A stretch of 64,000 nucleotides of DNA from Azolla caroliniana (lineage: Eukaryota; Plantae; Polypodiophyta): positions 10,788,001 through 10,852,000 of the forward strand of contig JBHGNT010000006.1 of the NCBI GenBank assembly GCA_043228905.1. The letters run 5' to 3'. Both the position numbers and the translations under genes were made by a program. How positions within the stretch are numbered: position 1 is the first letter of the stretch; each line of letters opens with the position of its first letter. Below, in pieces: positions 1-11,161 of this stretch. The notes under the pieces were generated by a model, which searched no databases, was not told where the DNA came from, and was given only the letters and a program-made list of their open reading frames with translations.

Positions 1-479
1 ATCAGGGGTCGTGAGAGCTTAGGAACATGTCGGACGTTGTGTAGTACGAGTGTAGAGCCACCCGGAAGGTTGAGCTCTACGGTGCCGATTCTGATGATAG
101 CACAATGCTACGAATTTCCGACTCGAGCTGAGTCGGAGTGCCAGTCCGAATATTGCCGAAACTGTGATCGGTGAGGTGTCACGTGATACGACGCGCCCGA
201 GTCCAGAAGCCATGTGCTCGATTCCTCAGTCGTAAGCAGAACTTCTGATTCGACTGGATTCTCTATGGACAATATGTTCGGGTCGGTCGTCAATATCTCG
301 GCTAAAGAGCCGACGTAGTTGACTTCCTCATGCCGGTTACTCCTATGATTAGCTCTCTGAGCTTTGTCTGTCTTTGACTTGAGTACCCGACAGTCGGCCT
401 TGATGTGTCCTAGTTTCTTGCAGTAGTTGCAGATTCGGGTTTCCCGGGACTTGCTGCGGCTTCGCTGATTTGTCGGCGG

Positions 480-1136
480 TCAGGAAGAACTTCTTCCTTG
501 GTTGTTCGATCGGTCGGTCGAACCTTGTACTACATAGGCTTCTTCTGCCGAGTCTTTGGGGAAAGAATTTCTCCGAGCTGCTTCAGTCAGGATTGCACTT
601 GTGACTTCAGAGTACTTGATGGTAGTTGTAGAAGCGTTGCACACAGTTGTAACGAAGGTTTCCCAAGAGGAGGGGAGACTGCTCATGAGTATCATTGCTC
701 TGAGTTCATCCTCGATTGTCGTCCCCTGTGACGAGATTTGGGAGCTCAAAGTTTCGTACTCGTTAAGGTGTGCCTGAACCGAATCGGAGTCTTTCATCCG
801 CAAGTTGTAGAGGCGCCGAATCAAATACATCTTCGTTGAGGCGACCTTCTTTTCGTAGGTTTCTGACAGCTTCTTCCAAAGTTCGAAGGCTGTCGTGCAC
901 GATTGCACTGTGAAGTACACTGACTCCGACAGGTGCATCCGGATCGTGGCGCGGACGATTCTGTCCAGCTTCTGCCACTCATTTGCCTTGTATATTTCTG
1001 GAGCAGTTTCATTCTCAATCGGATCGATCTGACCCTTGACTATAAGATACTCCTGCATTTGCTCCTTCCAAAAATTGAAGTTCGAACCGTCGAACCTCCT
1101 TAGACTCATTTCCGATGAGCCGGATATTGATGCCAT
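480..1136 (-). pseudogene. gag: Copia gag, interrupted by a premature stop before the zinc knuckle and protease
   Basis: FDGSNFNFWKEQM...LWKKLSETYE...LMSSLPSSWETFV. The frame resumes after the stop with CNYCKKLGHIKADC. Confidence 0.9.
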
Positions 1137-1842
1137 CAGATTCGGTTTCGGTTGACGAAGCTCGGTTCGGAGTTGACTACGAACCTTGTTGGAGTGCAGC
1201 CGGTCGGCTCACCCGATATCGTTCTAGTCGGATTTGAACCCGAGTTGGTTCGGCTTCGGATATATGTATTGTTGAACTTGCTCGAATTGACTCCGGTAAC
1301 TTGAGGGACAGAACCGACTGATCTTCCCGAATGTTGCTGAGTCGGAGTGAGCCCGGTTCGCTTCCGAATATATATGCCAAATACCGATTATTGAAACCGA
1401 TTGTCTGGACCGATTCTGCTTCGGGTGACTGCAGCGACGAGAGAGATGGATCCAATTGATCCTCGCGAATGTCGATCAGCCGGATGACGCACGAATTGGG
1501 GTTGTTGTCTTGAGACCGATCTGCACCGAGTGATTACAATGGGCTGCGAGCAACGTTCGATGACCTGTTCGGATGCCGTTTAACCGAGTGGAGCACGATC
1601 GTGTCAATGTTGCACAAGGGGATTTCACCTCGAGCGGTTACGATCACAAGGAATAGAGTATAGCCAACTGGCTTACTCCAAGCGAATATGATCTAACGCG
1701 ATGAGATGCAAGCCTCGTTTTTCTTCTTCTTCTCTCTTCTCTGTTTCTTCAAATACAAAGAAAAAAAAACAGAATGTTGTGATCCAAAGATTCGAATGGC
1801 GGCCGACAGCGGGATGAAGGACATCCAAGCTCTGATACCAAA

Positions 1843-2161
1843 TGCAGGGAATGAACAAGGCCGTCAGTGCGGAAGAGATCACACAGTATGAATCTGTGAG
1901 GAAGAAATACCTGCGTATGAGAGAGGCAAGAACAAAATACGTACAGGGAGAGAGAGAGAGAGGCACAAAGCATATATCTATATTCATAAAAGGGCAACAG
2001 TTATAACAATGAACAACCAACCTTTACAAAAGGTTACAAAGTCACTTTATATAGTGACTCACATAGGTCAACTGCCCTTTATGTTATTTACAGAAATAGC
2101 CCGAACTTGGGCTCTCTAAGAGAATAGTGTGAATACGTCCATTATACATTTGTATTCGACA
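1843..2161 (-). repeat. LTR of Copia A (TG...CA), with PPT upstream and PBS downstream
   Basis: Minus strand reads acgggggag|TGTCGAATAC ... tccctgCA tt TGGTATCAGAGC. Confidence 0.9.
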
Positions 2162-2386
2162 CTCCCCCGTAATGGGCGTATACATGGGTTATCTAAAAAT
2201 ACAGGTATAGGCATAGGTTCTCGGACAGGTCGGTTTTGTTCGAATCGGCCTGATTCGTAGACAGAAATAAATACTCTAATAGATGATGGGCTAAAAAAGA
2301 TCAAGAATCAAGTAGACAATTACCTTAAACCGTTCCTAGAGAAAATTAATAAGGAAAACCCCAACACACATCCAAAAAACACGGCT

Positions 2387-2890
2387 ATGCCCCTGACAAA
2401 AAATGGGGGCACAAGGACACACAAAGCATCAAATTCATCCCCCACTGCCCCCACCTCCTTCTTAAGGACCCAATCCTTTATCCCAAGTTATGGACAAAGC
2501 TATGCTTATCCCGTACCACCCACACATCCCATACCCCCCACGTACCCTATATTCGTCCCGATGAATGTACCATCACCTACCTCCCTACCCCCACCTATGA
2601 AACAATCAATGTCTCACTTCGAGACCATCAAATACATCACACGGTCCTATCCTCGACCCTCAGTTCCTTGGCCCCTAGTCCCTCAACCCCCAGTCCCTCG
2701 ACCCCCAATTCCACGACCCACGCCTTACCCCTGGCCCCCAGTCAAACGACCTACTCCTCATCCCTGGCCCCCAATCCCGCAACGCGCACCCAACACACGC
2801 ACCACGGGACCGAAACTAAATCCTCTACCAGGAAAATACGTAGGAGTAGACTTAGAAAATTACATTGGCTCCCGCTTCTTCAATCGTTAA
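2387..2890 (+). CDS. PLE ORF1, proline-rich; frame is open from about 2261 (TEINTLIDDGLKKIKNQVDNYLKPFLEKINK), probably 5'-truncated
   Basis: 167-aa ORF overlapping the RT ORF, with repeated PWPP/PRP motifs and a helical N-terminal extension. Confidence 0.55.
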   Translation: MPLTKNGGTRTHKASNSSPTAPTSFLRTQSFIPSYGQSYAYPVPPTHPIPPTYPIFVPMNVPSPTSLPPPMKQSMSHFETIKYITRSYPRPSVPWPLVPQPPVPRPPIPRPTPYPWPPVKRPTPHPWPPIPQRAPNTRTTGPKLNPLPGKYVGVDLENYIGSRFFNR

Positions 2891-4797
2891 CCTACCTCCA
2901 CATTTTACTGGGAAGGCAAACACCCTCCCAGCTCAAGAATAGGATCACTAATCACTCATTGCACAACCTTTCCTCTTTCCACCTTACTCCTCCCCAACTC
3001 AAACTTCTAAGCTTAGGTCTAGACTTTATTCCCCCACCCCAACCTATTAGAAAACAACAATTGATAGATGCTGTTGTATCCTTGGATAGAACTTACCGCC
3101 TCAAATATTTCTTTAGAAACTCTACTAACATTATCTCTCCATTTAGAATACCGAACCCCAGTTGGAATCCCCCAACCATGCTAGAAATCACACAAACCAT
3201 CACATCTATCACCTCTGCCCTCCCCTCCCCACCCACCATCCAACCTCGCCCTCATAGGAACTTTAGAACTGCACTACATAATCTCAAAAACAATCAAGAC
3301 ATAGTTATTAAACCCGCAGATAAAAATCTAGGCACGTGCATTCTCTCTAAGGATTGGTACCTTAACGAATGCCTTAGACAGCTCAACGACAAAAACACTT
3401 ACACCCCCGTCAATGACGTCCCCCTAGAAACTCTCCACAGTCGACTTGAACACCTCTGTTTGAAAGCTTCCCCCCACCTCTCCAGGGAGGAAATTAGATT
3501 CCTCCTTCAAAAACCCAAACATGGTTTCAGGATATGTCGTTTCTACATCATCCCCAAAATCCACAAGCCCATTGTTGTAGGACGCCCTATTTGCGCCTAC
3601 AACAATTATGTTTTCGAAAGAGCCTCTAAATGGCTACACCATCTACTACATCCTGTCTTATTGTCTAAAAAACAACACCTCAAAGACTCCTTAACACTTG
3701 TTAAGGACCTAGCACACCACACCTTCCCCAAATCTTGCACGTTGTTTTCTTTTGACATAGTGTCACTATATCCTAGTATACCTACCACGGAAGGTCTATT
3801 GGTTTTTATAAAATCTATTTCACATCATTTCCCACCACACAAAACCAAAATCATTATGAGTGTTGCCGAACTTATACTTAGAAACAATTTTCTCTCCTTT
3901 AATAATGCTTTTTGGTTACAAATTAAAGGCACCGCAATGGGTAATAATTTTGCCGTTGTTTATGCTTGCTTGTTTCTTTCGCAGCTAGAGGACGACAACC
4001 TAGCTTTCCAAACACCGCAACTACTCTACTACAAACGCTACATCGATGATGCCATAAGAGTTTGGGAAGGTTCCCCCGATACACTTCACACCTTCTTACA
4101 CCAATACGGCATGCCTCTACAACAACACATCCGTATTGAATCAACAACCTCCCCTAAAGAGATCACCATCCTGGATGTCGTCTTCTTCAAAGGCCCATAC
4201 TTTAAAGAATTCGGCATCCTCGACACCACATGCCACCAAAAAACTCTCAATGCCTACATGTACCTCCCGTGGAAATCCTCGCACCCCATAGCACACAAAA
4301 AGGGCTTCATCACGGGAGAACTAAAACGGTATGCTATCCGGGAGAGCTCGGAAAATGGCTACATGGAACTACGCAAAAAGTTCTACGACCGCCTAAGAGC
4401 TAGGGGCTACCCGTCGAAGTTCCTACTCAAGTGTTTTTCGACCGTCCCCTACTCCATACGAAACCAACTACTCTCTAACCAACCCAACAACAAAAAACTT
4501 CCACCCATTGTTTTTAAGCTTCGTTACTCCCCATGTATGTATCAAAAAACTCCAAATCGGAGTGCTCGTGAGAAACAAACTTAAACCCTTTCTAGGACAA
4601 CCACAATACAGTTCCCTTACACCCCCTCTCACGTGTTGGGTATCAAAAAACTCCAAATCGGAGTGCTCGTGAGAAACAAACTTAAACCCTTTCTAGGACA
4701 ACCACAATACAGTTCCCTTACACCCCCTCTCACGTGTTGGCTAAATGGTAAAAAACTAAGAAACCACCTAGTACACTCATCCTTTCACCCCACCTAA
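2668..4797 (+). CDS. Penelope-like reverse transcriptase; C-terminus disrupted by a 4-bp and a 101-bp duplication (current stop 4584, ancestral stop about 4797)
   Basis: PLE motifs NLSSFHLT..LLSLGLDFIP, IKPADKNLG, FYIIPKIHK..GRPI, FDIVSLYPSIP, QIKGTAMG, YKRYIDD, YLPWKSSHP..GELKRY, LRARGYP. The restored end reads KLRNHLVHSSFHPT*. Confidence 0.93.
4539..4740 (+). repeat. Perfect 101-bp tandem duplication
   Basis: gtatcaaaaaactcc...cacgtgttgg occurs at 4539-4639 and 4640-4740. Confidence 0.95.
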
Positions 4798-4959
4798 TGT
4801 TTTATGTACTCTCACCCCTCTTAACCCCCACCTAAAGTCTTATGTACACTCTTTTACCTTCCCTTTGTACACACTTTTTTTTGTCCCACATACAAATGAC
4901 TCTCCTCCCTCTCCCTATAAAAAGAGCAACCTAGTAGGCTTAGTTTTCATCATTTGTAC

Positions 4960-5005
4960 ATCGGGCACTGAAGAGCCTCCATCGAGGCGAAATGCATTTG
5001 CCGAT
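4960..5005 (+). ncRNA. Minimal type I hammerhead ribozyme, PLE-associated
   Basis: Stem I AUCGGGCA/UGCCGAU, core CUGAAGA, stem II GCCUC-CAUC-GAGGC, GAAA, palindromic mini stem III AAUGCAUU, predicted NUH triplet AUU. Confidence 0.85.
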
Positions 5006-5888
5006 CGTTGCCTTATGATAGTAAAACTTTCTTTCCTTCTATGTGTTGCTCTTATCTAATTTTTTGTCTTAAGTTCTTAAGTACTTATTTAATAAATTTT
5101 TATTAAGTACTTGTTTAATCACTTTTTTATCAATTTTCTTTTGTCTTAAGTTTTTAAGTATTTATTTAATCATTTTCTATTAAGTACTTGTTTAATAATC
5201 ATTTTTATTACGTACTTGTTTAACGCCTTTTTTTTAAAGTACTTGTTCAATCCTTTTTTTTGGTTTAACTTTTTGTTTAAACATTTGTTTTAAGTATTCT
5301 CCTCTCTTAATCATAATCATTCTCTTCTTAGCCATGATCCCTTTTCTTTAACCATAGTCCCTCCCTTCTCTTTTAATCATAACCTTGCTTTAAGTGTTTG
5401 CCCAAGTGGTTTCTTATCTAAATATTTGTTTAAACATTCGTTTAAGTACTTTGTTTTAGCAACCCCTTCCCCCTTAATCATAATCCCTTCTTAACCATAA
5501 TCATTTTTTAATCTCAATCTCTCTTTTCTATTTTTATTTTTATTTTTTTATAATAATCTTTCTTTTAAGTGTTTGTTTAAGCGTGTGTTTAAACAACTCC
5601 CTTTCATCTAAGCGTGTGGTCCCGTTTTAATAATACTCTATATTGGTGTTTAATAACTTAAGTTATCCCAATGATCTTTAATATGTTCTAAAAACTTTGA
5701 TTAGGTTTAAATACTTTTGATATCTTCAACAAACTACACTCCCCTAACCCCCACCCACGCCCTCACTTTTCTATTCTTCTAAAACTATATCACTACTTAT
5801 GTTTAGACATACAAATAAGATCTAAACTTGAGTGCACCCCAAAAAAGAGAATAGTGTGAATACGTCTATTATACATTTGTATTCGACA

Positions 5889-8800
5889 GTTATAAAAGAA
5901 GAGTGTTGATCTTGTTCCGCATTAGATGACGGTGATCCCAACATTTGGTATCAGAGCTTGGTATTGTTTGATTCTGCTACTGCCATCTATCTAACCTCCA
6001 TCAACAACTCTTCTCTTGTACACATTGAAGATCTCGATTGACAACTCCTCTTGAAATTACATTTGATGAAGAGAGACAACTGAAGTTCTGCACTCCACTG
6101 GTCGAAATCACCCTTGAAGTAAGTCAGTTGACTGTACTTCGACTCCGTGATTGTCGTCGCTTGGAGTGAGACCCTTCTCTTGATTAGGTCACATCCGTGC
6201 CTCACTCGGTTAGGCAGAAATCGAATAGGTCATCTGACGTTATCTCCTTACTTTCCGTAACCACTCGAAGCAAACACGACTCTAGGGGCAACCCCAATCT
6301 GTGTTTCATTCAGTTGAACGACATTTGGGAGGACCAGTAGGCTCCATCCCTCTCATCGTTGCAATTACCCAAAACAGGATCGGTCTGGAAAATCGCACAT
6401 AATTCGTGTTGGGAAATCTCGGAAAATCGACATTCGAAATCGAACAATCAAATCCGGGTTCAACTTGACTAAGTCAGTTGAAAGTAGTCACTCCGAACAT
6501 GATTCATCGATATTCGTAATCAACATGACTTGTGTCCAACTTCGGCGAGAACGACATCAAGTGAGCCAAGCTGCTGCACTCCATCACAGTTCGTAGCTAA
6601 CTCCGGACAAAGTCTATTATACCAACACAGATGGCTTCAACAGCCGGCTCGTCGGAGATGAGTCTAAGGAAGTTCGACGGATTGAACTTCAACTTCTGGA
6701 AGGAGCAGATGCAGAACTATTTAATAGTCAAGGGGCAAATTGACCCCATTGAGAATGAAGATCCTCTAGAAGGATACAAGTCTCTTGAATGGGAAAAGCT
6801 CGATAGAATCATCTGAGCCACCATTCGGATGCACCTATCGGAGTCTCTGTACTTCACGGTGCAATCGTGTTCGACTACCTTCCAACTATGGAAGACACTT
6901 TCGGACACTTACGGAAAGAAGGTTGCCGCCACCAAGATATACCTGATTCGGCGCCTTTATAACCTTCGGATGAAAGAGTCTGACTCGGTGTAGGCACACC
7001 TGAATGAGTATGAAAGCTTAAGCTCCCAAATTTCAGCCCAGGGGACAATTATTGAGGATGAACTAAAAGCAATGCTGCTCATGAGTAGTCTCCCTGCCTC
7101 ATGGGAAACTCTTGTTACAACCATGTGCAATGCGTCAACAACTGCCGTTAAGTACTCCTCAATCACGAGTGCAATTCTGACTGAAGCAGGTCGGAGAAAA
7201 TTGTTTGCTAACAATTCAGCCAACAACGCTTACGTAGTACAAGGTTCGACCGACCGATTGAATAGTCGTGGAAGAAGTTCTTCACGGTAGCCGAATAATC
7301 GGCGAAGTCGGAACAAGCCACGGGATAATCGAGTTTGCAACTACTACAAGAAACCCGAACACATCAAAGCCAATTTCCGTGCACTCAAGACCAAAAACGA
7401 TAAGGCTCAGCGAGTCGAGCAAAAAAGTGACCGACACAAGGAGATCAACTACATCGGCTCTTCGGCCGAAGTATTGACAAACAACCCGAATATACTATGA
7501 ATTGAGAACTCAGTCGAATAAGAAGTTCTGCTTACGACTGAAGAATCGAGCACGTGAGTCCTTTCATGTGACTCCTCATCGATCCCAATTTCAGCAATAC
7601 ACGACCCGACATTTTGACTCAGTTCGGGTAGGAAATTCGCAACATTGCGACAAAATTGGAATCGACACGGTAGAGCTCAACCTTGCGGGTGGCTCTACAG
7701 TAGTACTACGCAATGTCCGACATGTACCTGAGCTCTCACGACCACTGATCTCAGTCAGACAATTGGATGAAGACGACATCCGTTTTGGCTTCTCATCAGG
7801 AGGGTGGATGCTCCACAGAGGGAACCTCCTGCTTGTTCAAGGACTGAAGATACACTCATGGTATCCTTTGCACGTCACACTTAGAGAGGGTGACCTGTTT
7901 TTGGTTGACATTCCTGTGTCATCACTCTTGCACGGATGAGTCGGACACCTCAGCAAGGCCGACATCACACACTTATCTAGAACCGGATACATCCCCAAAC
8001 TCTCCTTCTCAGATCATCAGTTTTGCGAGCATTGCCAATACGGCAAGCAGATAGCCGTAACACACCCTTCATCTGCCCCGAGAGAATTGAGTCTGCTCGA
8101 TTTGGTCCACTCGGATGTATGTGGTCCTATGCCACATCAATCTCTTGGCAGCGCTCTATATTTCGTCAGCTTCATTGACGACTCGACTCGGAAGGTGTTG
8201 GCTTATCCCATCAAAACCAAAGATCGTGTTCTCTCGACCTTTTCCAATTGGCTCGCCATGGTTGAGAATCAGTCCGGCCGAAAATTGAAAAGCTTTCAGT
8301 TCGATAACAGGGGAGAGTTCAAATTAGAGGAATTCGTCAAATTTTGCTGACAACGTGGCATATGACGTGAATTTATGACACCTCATAGTCTGGAGTAGAA
8401 TGGAATTGCCGAGCGAATGAATCAGACAATTCAAGAACGGATAGTTTCCATGCTCCAACACTCCGGACTGTCGGATGGTTTCTGGGCAGAGGCCCTACTT
8501 ACGGTAGTACACATAATCAATATGTCGCCAAGGTGGTCTCTAGGACTTTGGATACCTCAGGAATTATGGACCAACAGTAACCTGAATTACGACAAGCTGA
8601 GGAGTTTCGGATGTGAGGCGTATGCCCTCGTCCCGAAAGATGATCGCCGCAAACTTGCACCACGGTCTACGAAATGTACTTTCCTCAGTTATGGAACAAA
8701 TCTGGCGAAATGGGATACCAACTTTGGGACCCTGAACATAGACAGATCGTCCGAAGTTCGGACGTCGTATTCAATGAGTCAGCCATGCATCAATTGGTCA

Positions 8801-11161
8801 AAAAACTGATCGAAGTTCGAAGGGTAATTTTTTCCGATGTGCCAACCCTTCATGAAGGCCCAACGCACAACACATGGTCAACTGCACGGGAATTTCGACT
8901 CGGCACAACTGAACGATTCGTCTTTGGACCATCCGATCACGACACCCGATGCGGCTAGTCCAGTCATACCTCAAAGATAAGAGAGATTGTCGCAACCCCC
9001 GGAGAGATACTCTCCTGGCATCTTTTTTACGAACGTCAGAGAACTGACGTCATATGAAGAGCATCGGCGTCAGCCGACTCGGCCACCTGGCATCTGGCAA
9101 TGGAGTCCAAAATGAACTCCATTCACGCAAACAAGACTTGGGACTTGGTCGAATTATCGAAAAATCGACGTGCTCTTCCATGCAAGTGGGTCTATCGAAT
9201 TTAGGAGACGTCTGATCCGGCCAACCCAAAATTCAAAGCCAGAGTAGTAGCAAAGGGTTTTCGACCGGAACACGATGTTGATTTCGATAAAATAATTTTG
9301 CTAGTGGTGAAGGTGACAACCCTTCGCTTCATGCTCGGCGTAGTGGCAACTGAAAATTTGGAGCTGATTCAACTAGATGTCAAAACGGCTTTCATCCATA
9401 GTGATCTTGAGGCGGAAATTTATATGGAGCAGCCGAAAGGCTTTGTGGCATCTGACCAATAACATCTAGTCTACCGACTCAGGAAGAGTCTTTACGGCCT
9501 GAAACAGGCACTATGACAGTGGTACAAGAAGTTCGACGACTTCATCCAATCGATTGGATTCTCAAAGCGTGATGAGGACCACTGTTTGTTCACGAAAACA
9601 ACTCGAGATGGATCACCCATCTTCCTCATCATCTACGTAGACGACATGCTAATCTCTGGACGCCATGCTGGAGAACTAGCCAAACTCGTAATGCAACCGT
9701 GGTTGAAGTTTTCCATGAAGGATCTCGGTCCGGCACGACACATTCTTGGTATGAAGATAAGTTAGAATCATTATCAACGACAATTGTTTCTGTCCTAGTC
9801 CGACGACATTGGACGTGTCCTCAAACGCTTCAATATGCAATCGACGAAATCTGCTGCCTCTACCCCACTCTCTATTCATACTCGGTTATCTCAACAAGAC
9901 TGCTTGACATCTGGTCTGGAGGGGGAAATTAGGAAGTCGATACCGTATGCACCGACAGTTGGCTCCCTAATGTACGCGATGGTCGCGACACGACCTGATA
10001 TCGCTCACGTCGTTGGAGTCATCAGTAGATTTATGGATAATCCCGACCGATCGCACTGGAACACAGTCAAGCATGTGTTCAGATATCTGGTGGGCACAAA
10101 AGACCTTGCTATTCTATTCGGCCCGAACGACATCTTAGGCGTAGTCGGATATACCGACTCTAACTTTGCGGGCTGCATAGACAACCGTAAATCGACAACC
10201 GGATACTGTTTCATATTCGGTAATGGAGCTATCTCATGGAAATCAAAACTTTAGGAGTGCACCGCCACATCAACGATCGAGGCCAAATACGTAGCCGCAT
10301 CTGATGTGGCGAAAGAGGCCTTATGGCTCGGTCGGCTGGCCTGCACGTTTCGACAAGCTGAAATCGGCTCGGCTCCAATTGTGTACAGTGACAGTCAGGG
10401 TGCTGTTGCTTTGTCGAAAAATCAGGTTCATCACAATGCCTCCAAGCATATCGATGTTCGATATCATTTCGTTCGGGACTACGTCATCATAGGGAAAATC
10501 AGTATAGAGAAAATATCAACAACCGATAATGTTGCGGATGCATTAACCAAGTGCCTTTCGGTGGATTGATTTCGATCCCTTTGGCATCGAATGGGCGACG
10601 TAATGAAGAATCAGTCTGATTAAATCTAACACTCAGGAGGTTTCTCGGACAATAGACCTAGATAGTTCAAACTTCGGCTTCAGTCTCTCCGAACTCGGCC
10701 AATCCGGCGTTCTACTCTTTGGAGTTCTCCGACTCATAGGAATTCTCGATTGTTTGTAAACCTTGTATCAATTTGTATTGTACATTCATTTTGGTCTATA
10801 GATTTTAGATGTATACGCCCATTACGGGGGATCATTGAATACGGGCTTCTAACGGACTTATTCACACTGTCTCCTTTTGTACACACTAGGCTTAGACTAT
10901 TTATGTAAATAGTGAGAAGGGCAATTGCCCTAAGTCAGTCAGTATATAAACTGACTTTGTAACCTAGTTAGGGTGGTTGCTATAAGTTGTAATATACTCT
11001 TTACTTTGTGCCTAACTTTCTCTCTCTCTTTGGCGTACTAGTGGTATTGTTTCTCTTTGATGCTATAAAAGTTACGATCTTGTATCCACTGATGATTATA
11101 TAGGAGGTTATAAAAGAAGAGTGTCGATCTTGTTCCGCATTAGATGGCGGTGATCTCAACA
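5889..11161 (+). mobile_element. Copia element B, degenerate, related to A
   Basis: 5' LTR remnant 5889-5943 matches the 3' LTR end 11107-11161. PBS 5946-5957. Gag from 6631, then INT (VHSDVCGP), RT (YVDD) and RH (KHIDVRYHF) to about 10570. PPT about 10822-10831. Many stops. Confidence 0.92.

Larger units (their letters stand above)
2261..5846 (+). mobile_element. Endonuclease-deficient Penelope-like retroelement, 5'-truncated
   Basis: PLE-type RT, upstream Pro-rich ORF1, downstream hammerhead, short A-tract at 5841-5846, no GIY-YIG domain. The 5' junction lies between about 2185 and 2261. Confidence 0.85.
1..5888 (-). mobile_element. Copia element A, 5' half (composite 5' LTR, PBS, gag, protease); continues left of the window
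   Basis: iMet PBS at 1829-1840. LTR 1843-2161 plus a terminal LTR segment 5845-5888. Gag ORF 480-1136, CCHC knuckle near 385-430, protease WLLDSGASYH at 108-293. Inserted in the 5' LTR of Copia B (candidate TSD gttat 5889-5893). Confidence 0.9.

Noticed and set aside
5741-5750. Telomeric repeat CCCTAACCC near the PLE 3' end
   Set aside because: Only about 1.5 units in C-rich sequence, not at the junction, and no array.
2118-5888. 44-bp repeat as a simple target-site duplication of a PLE inserted after Copia integration
   Set aside because: It does not explain the PPT and 3' UTR at 2162-2185, which are absent next to the outer LTR end.
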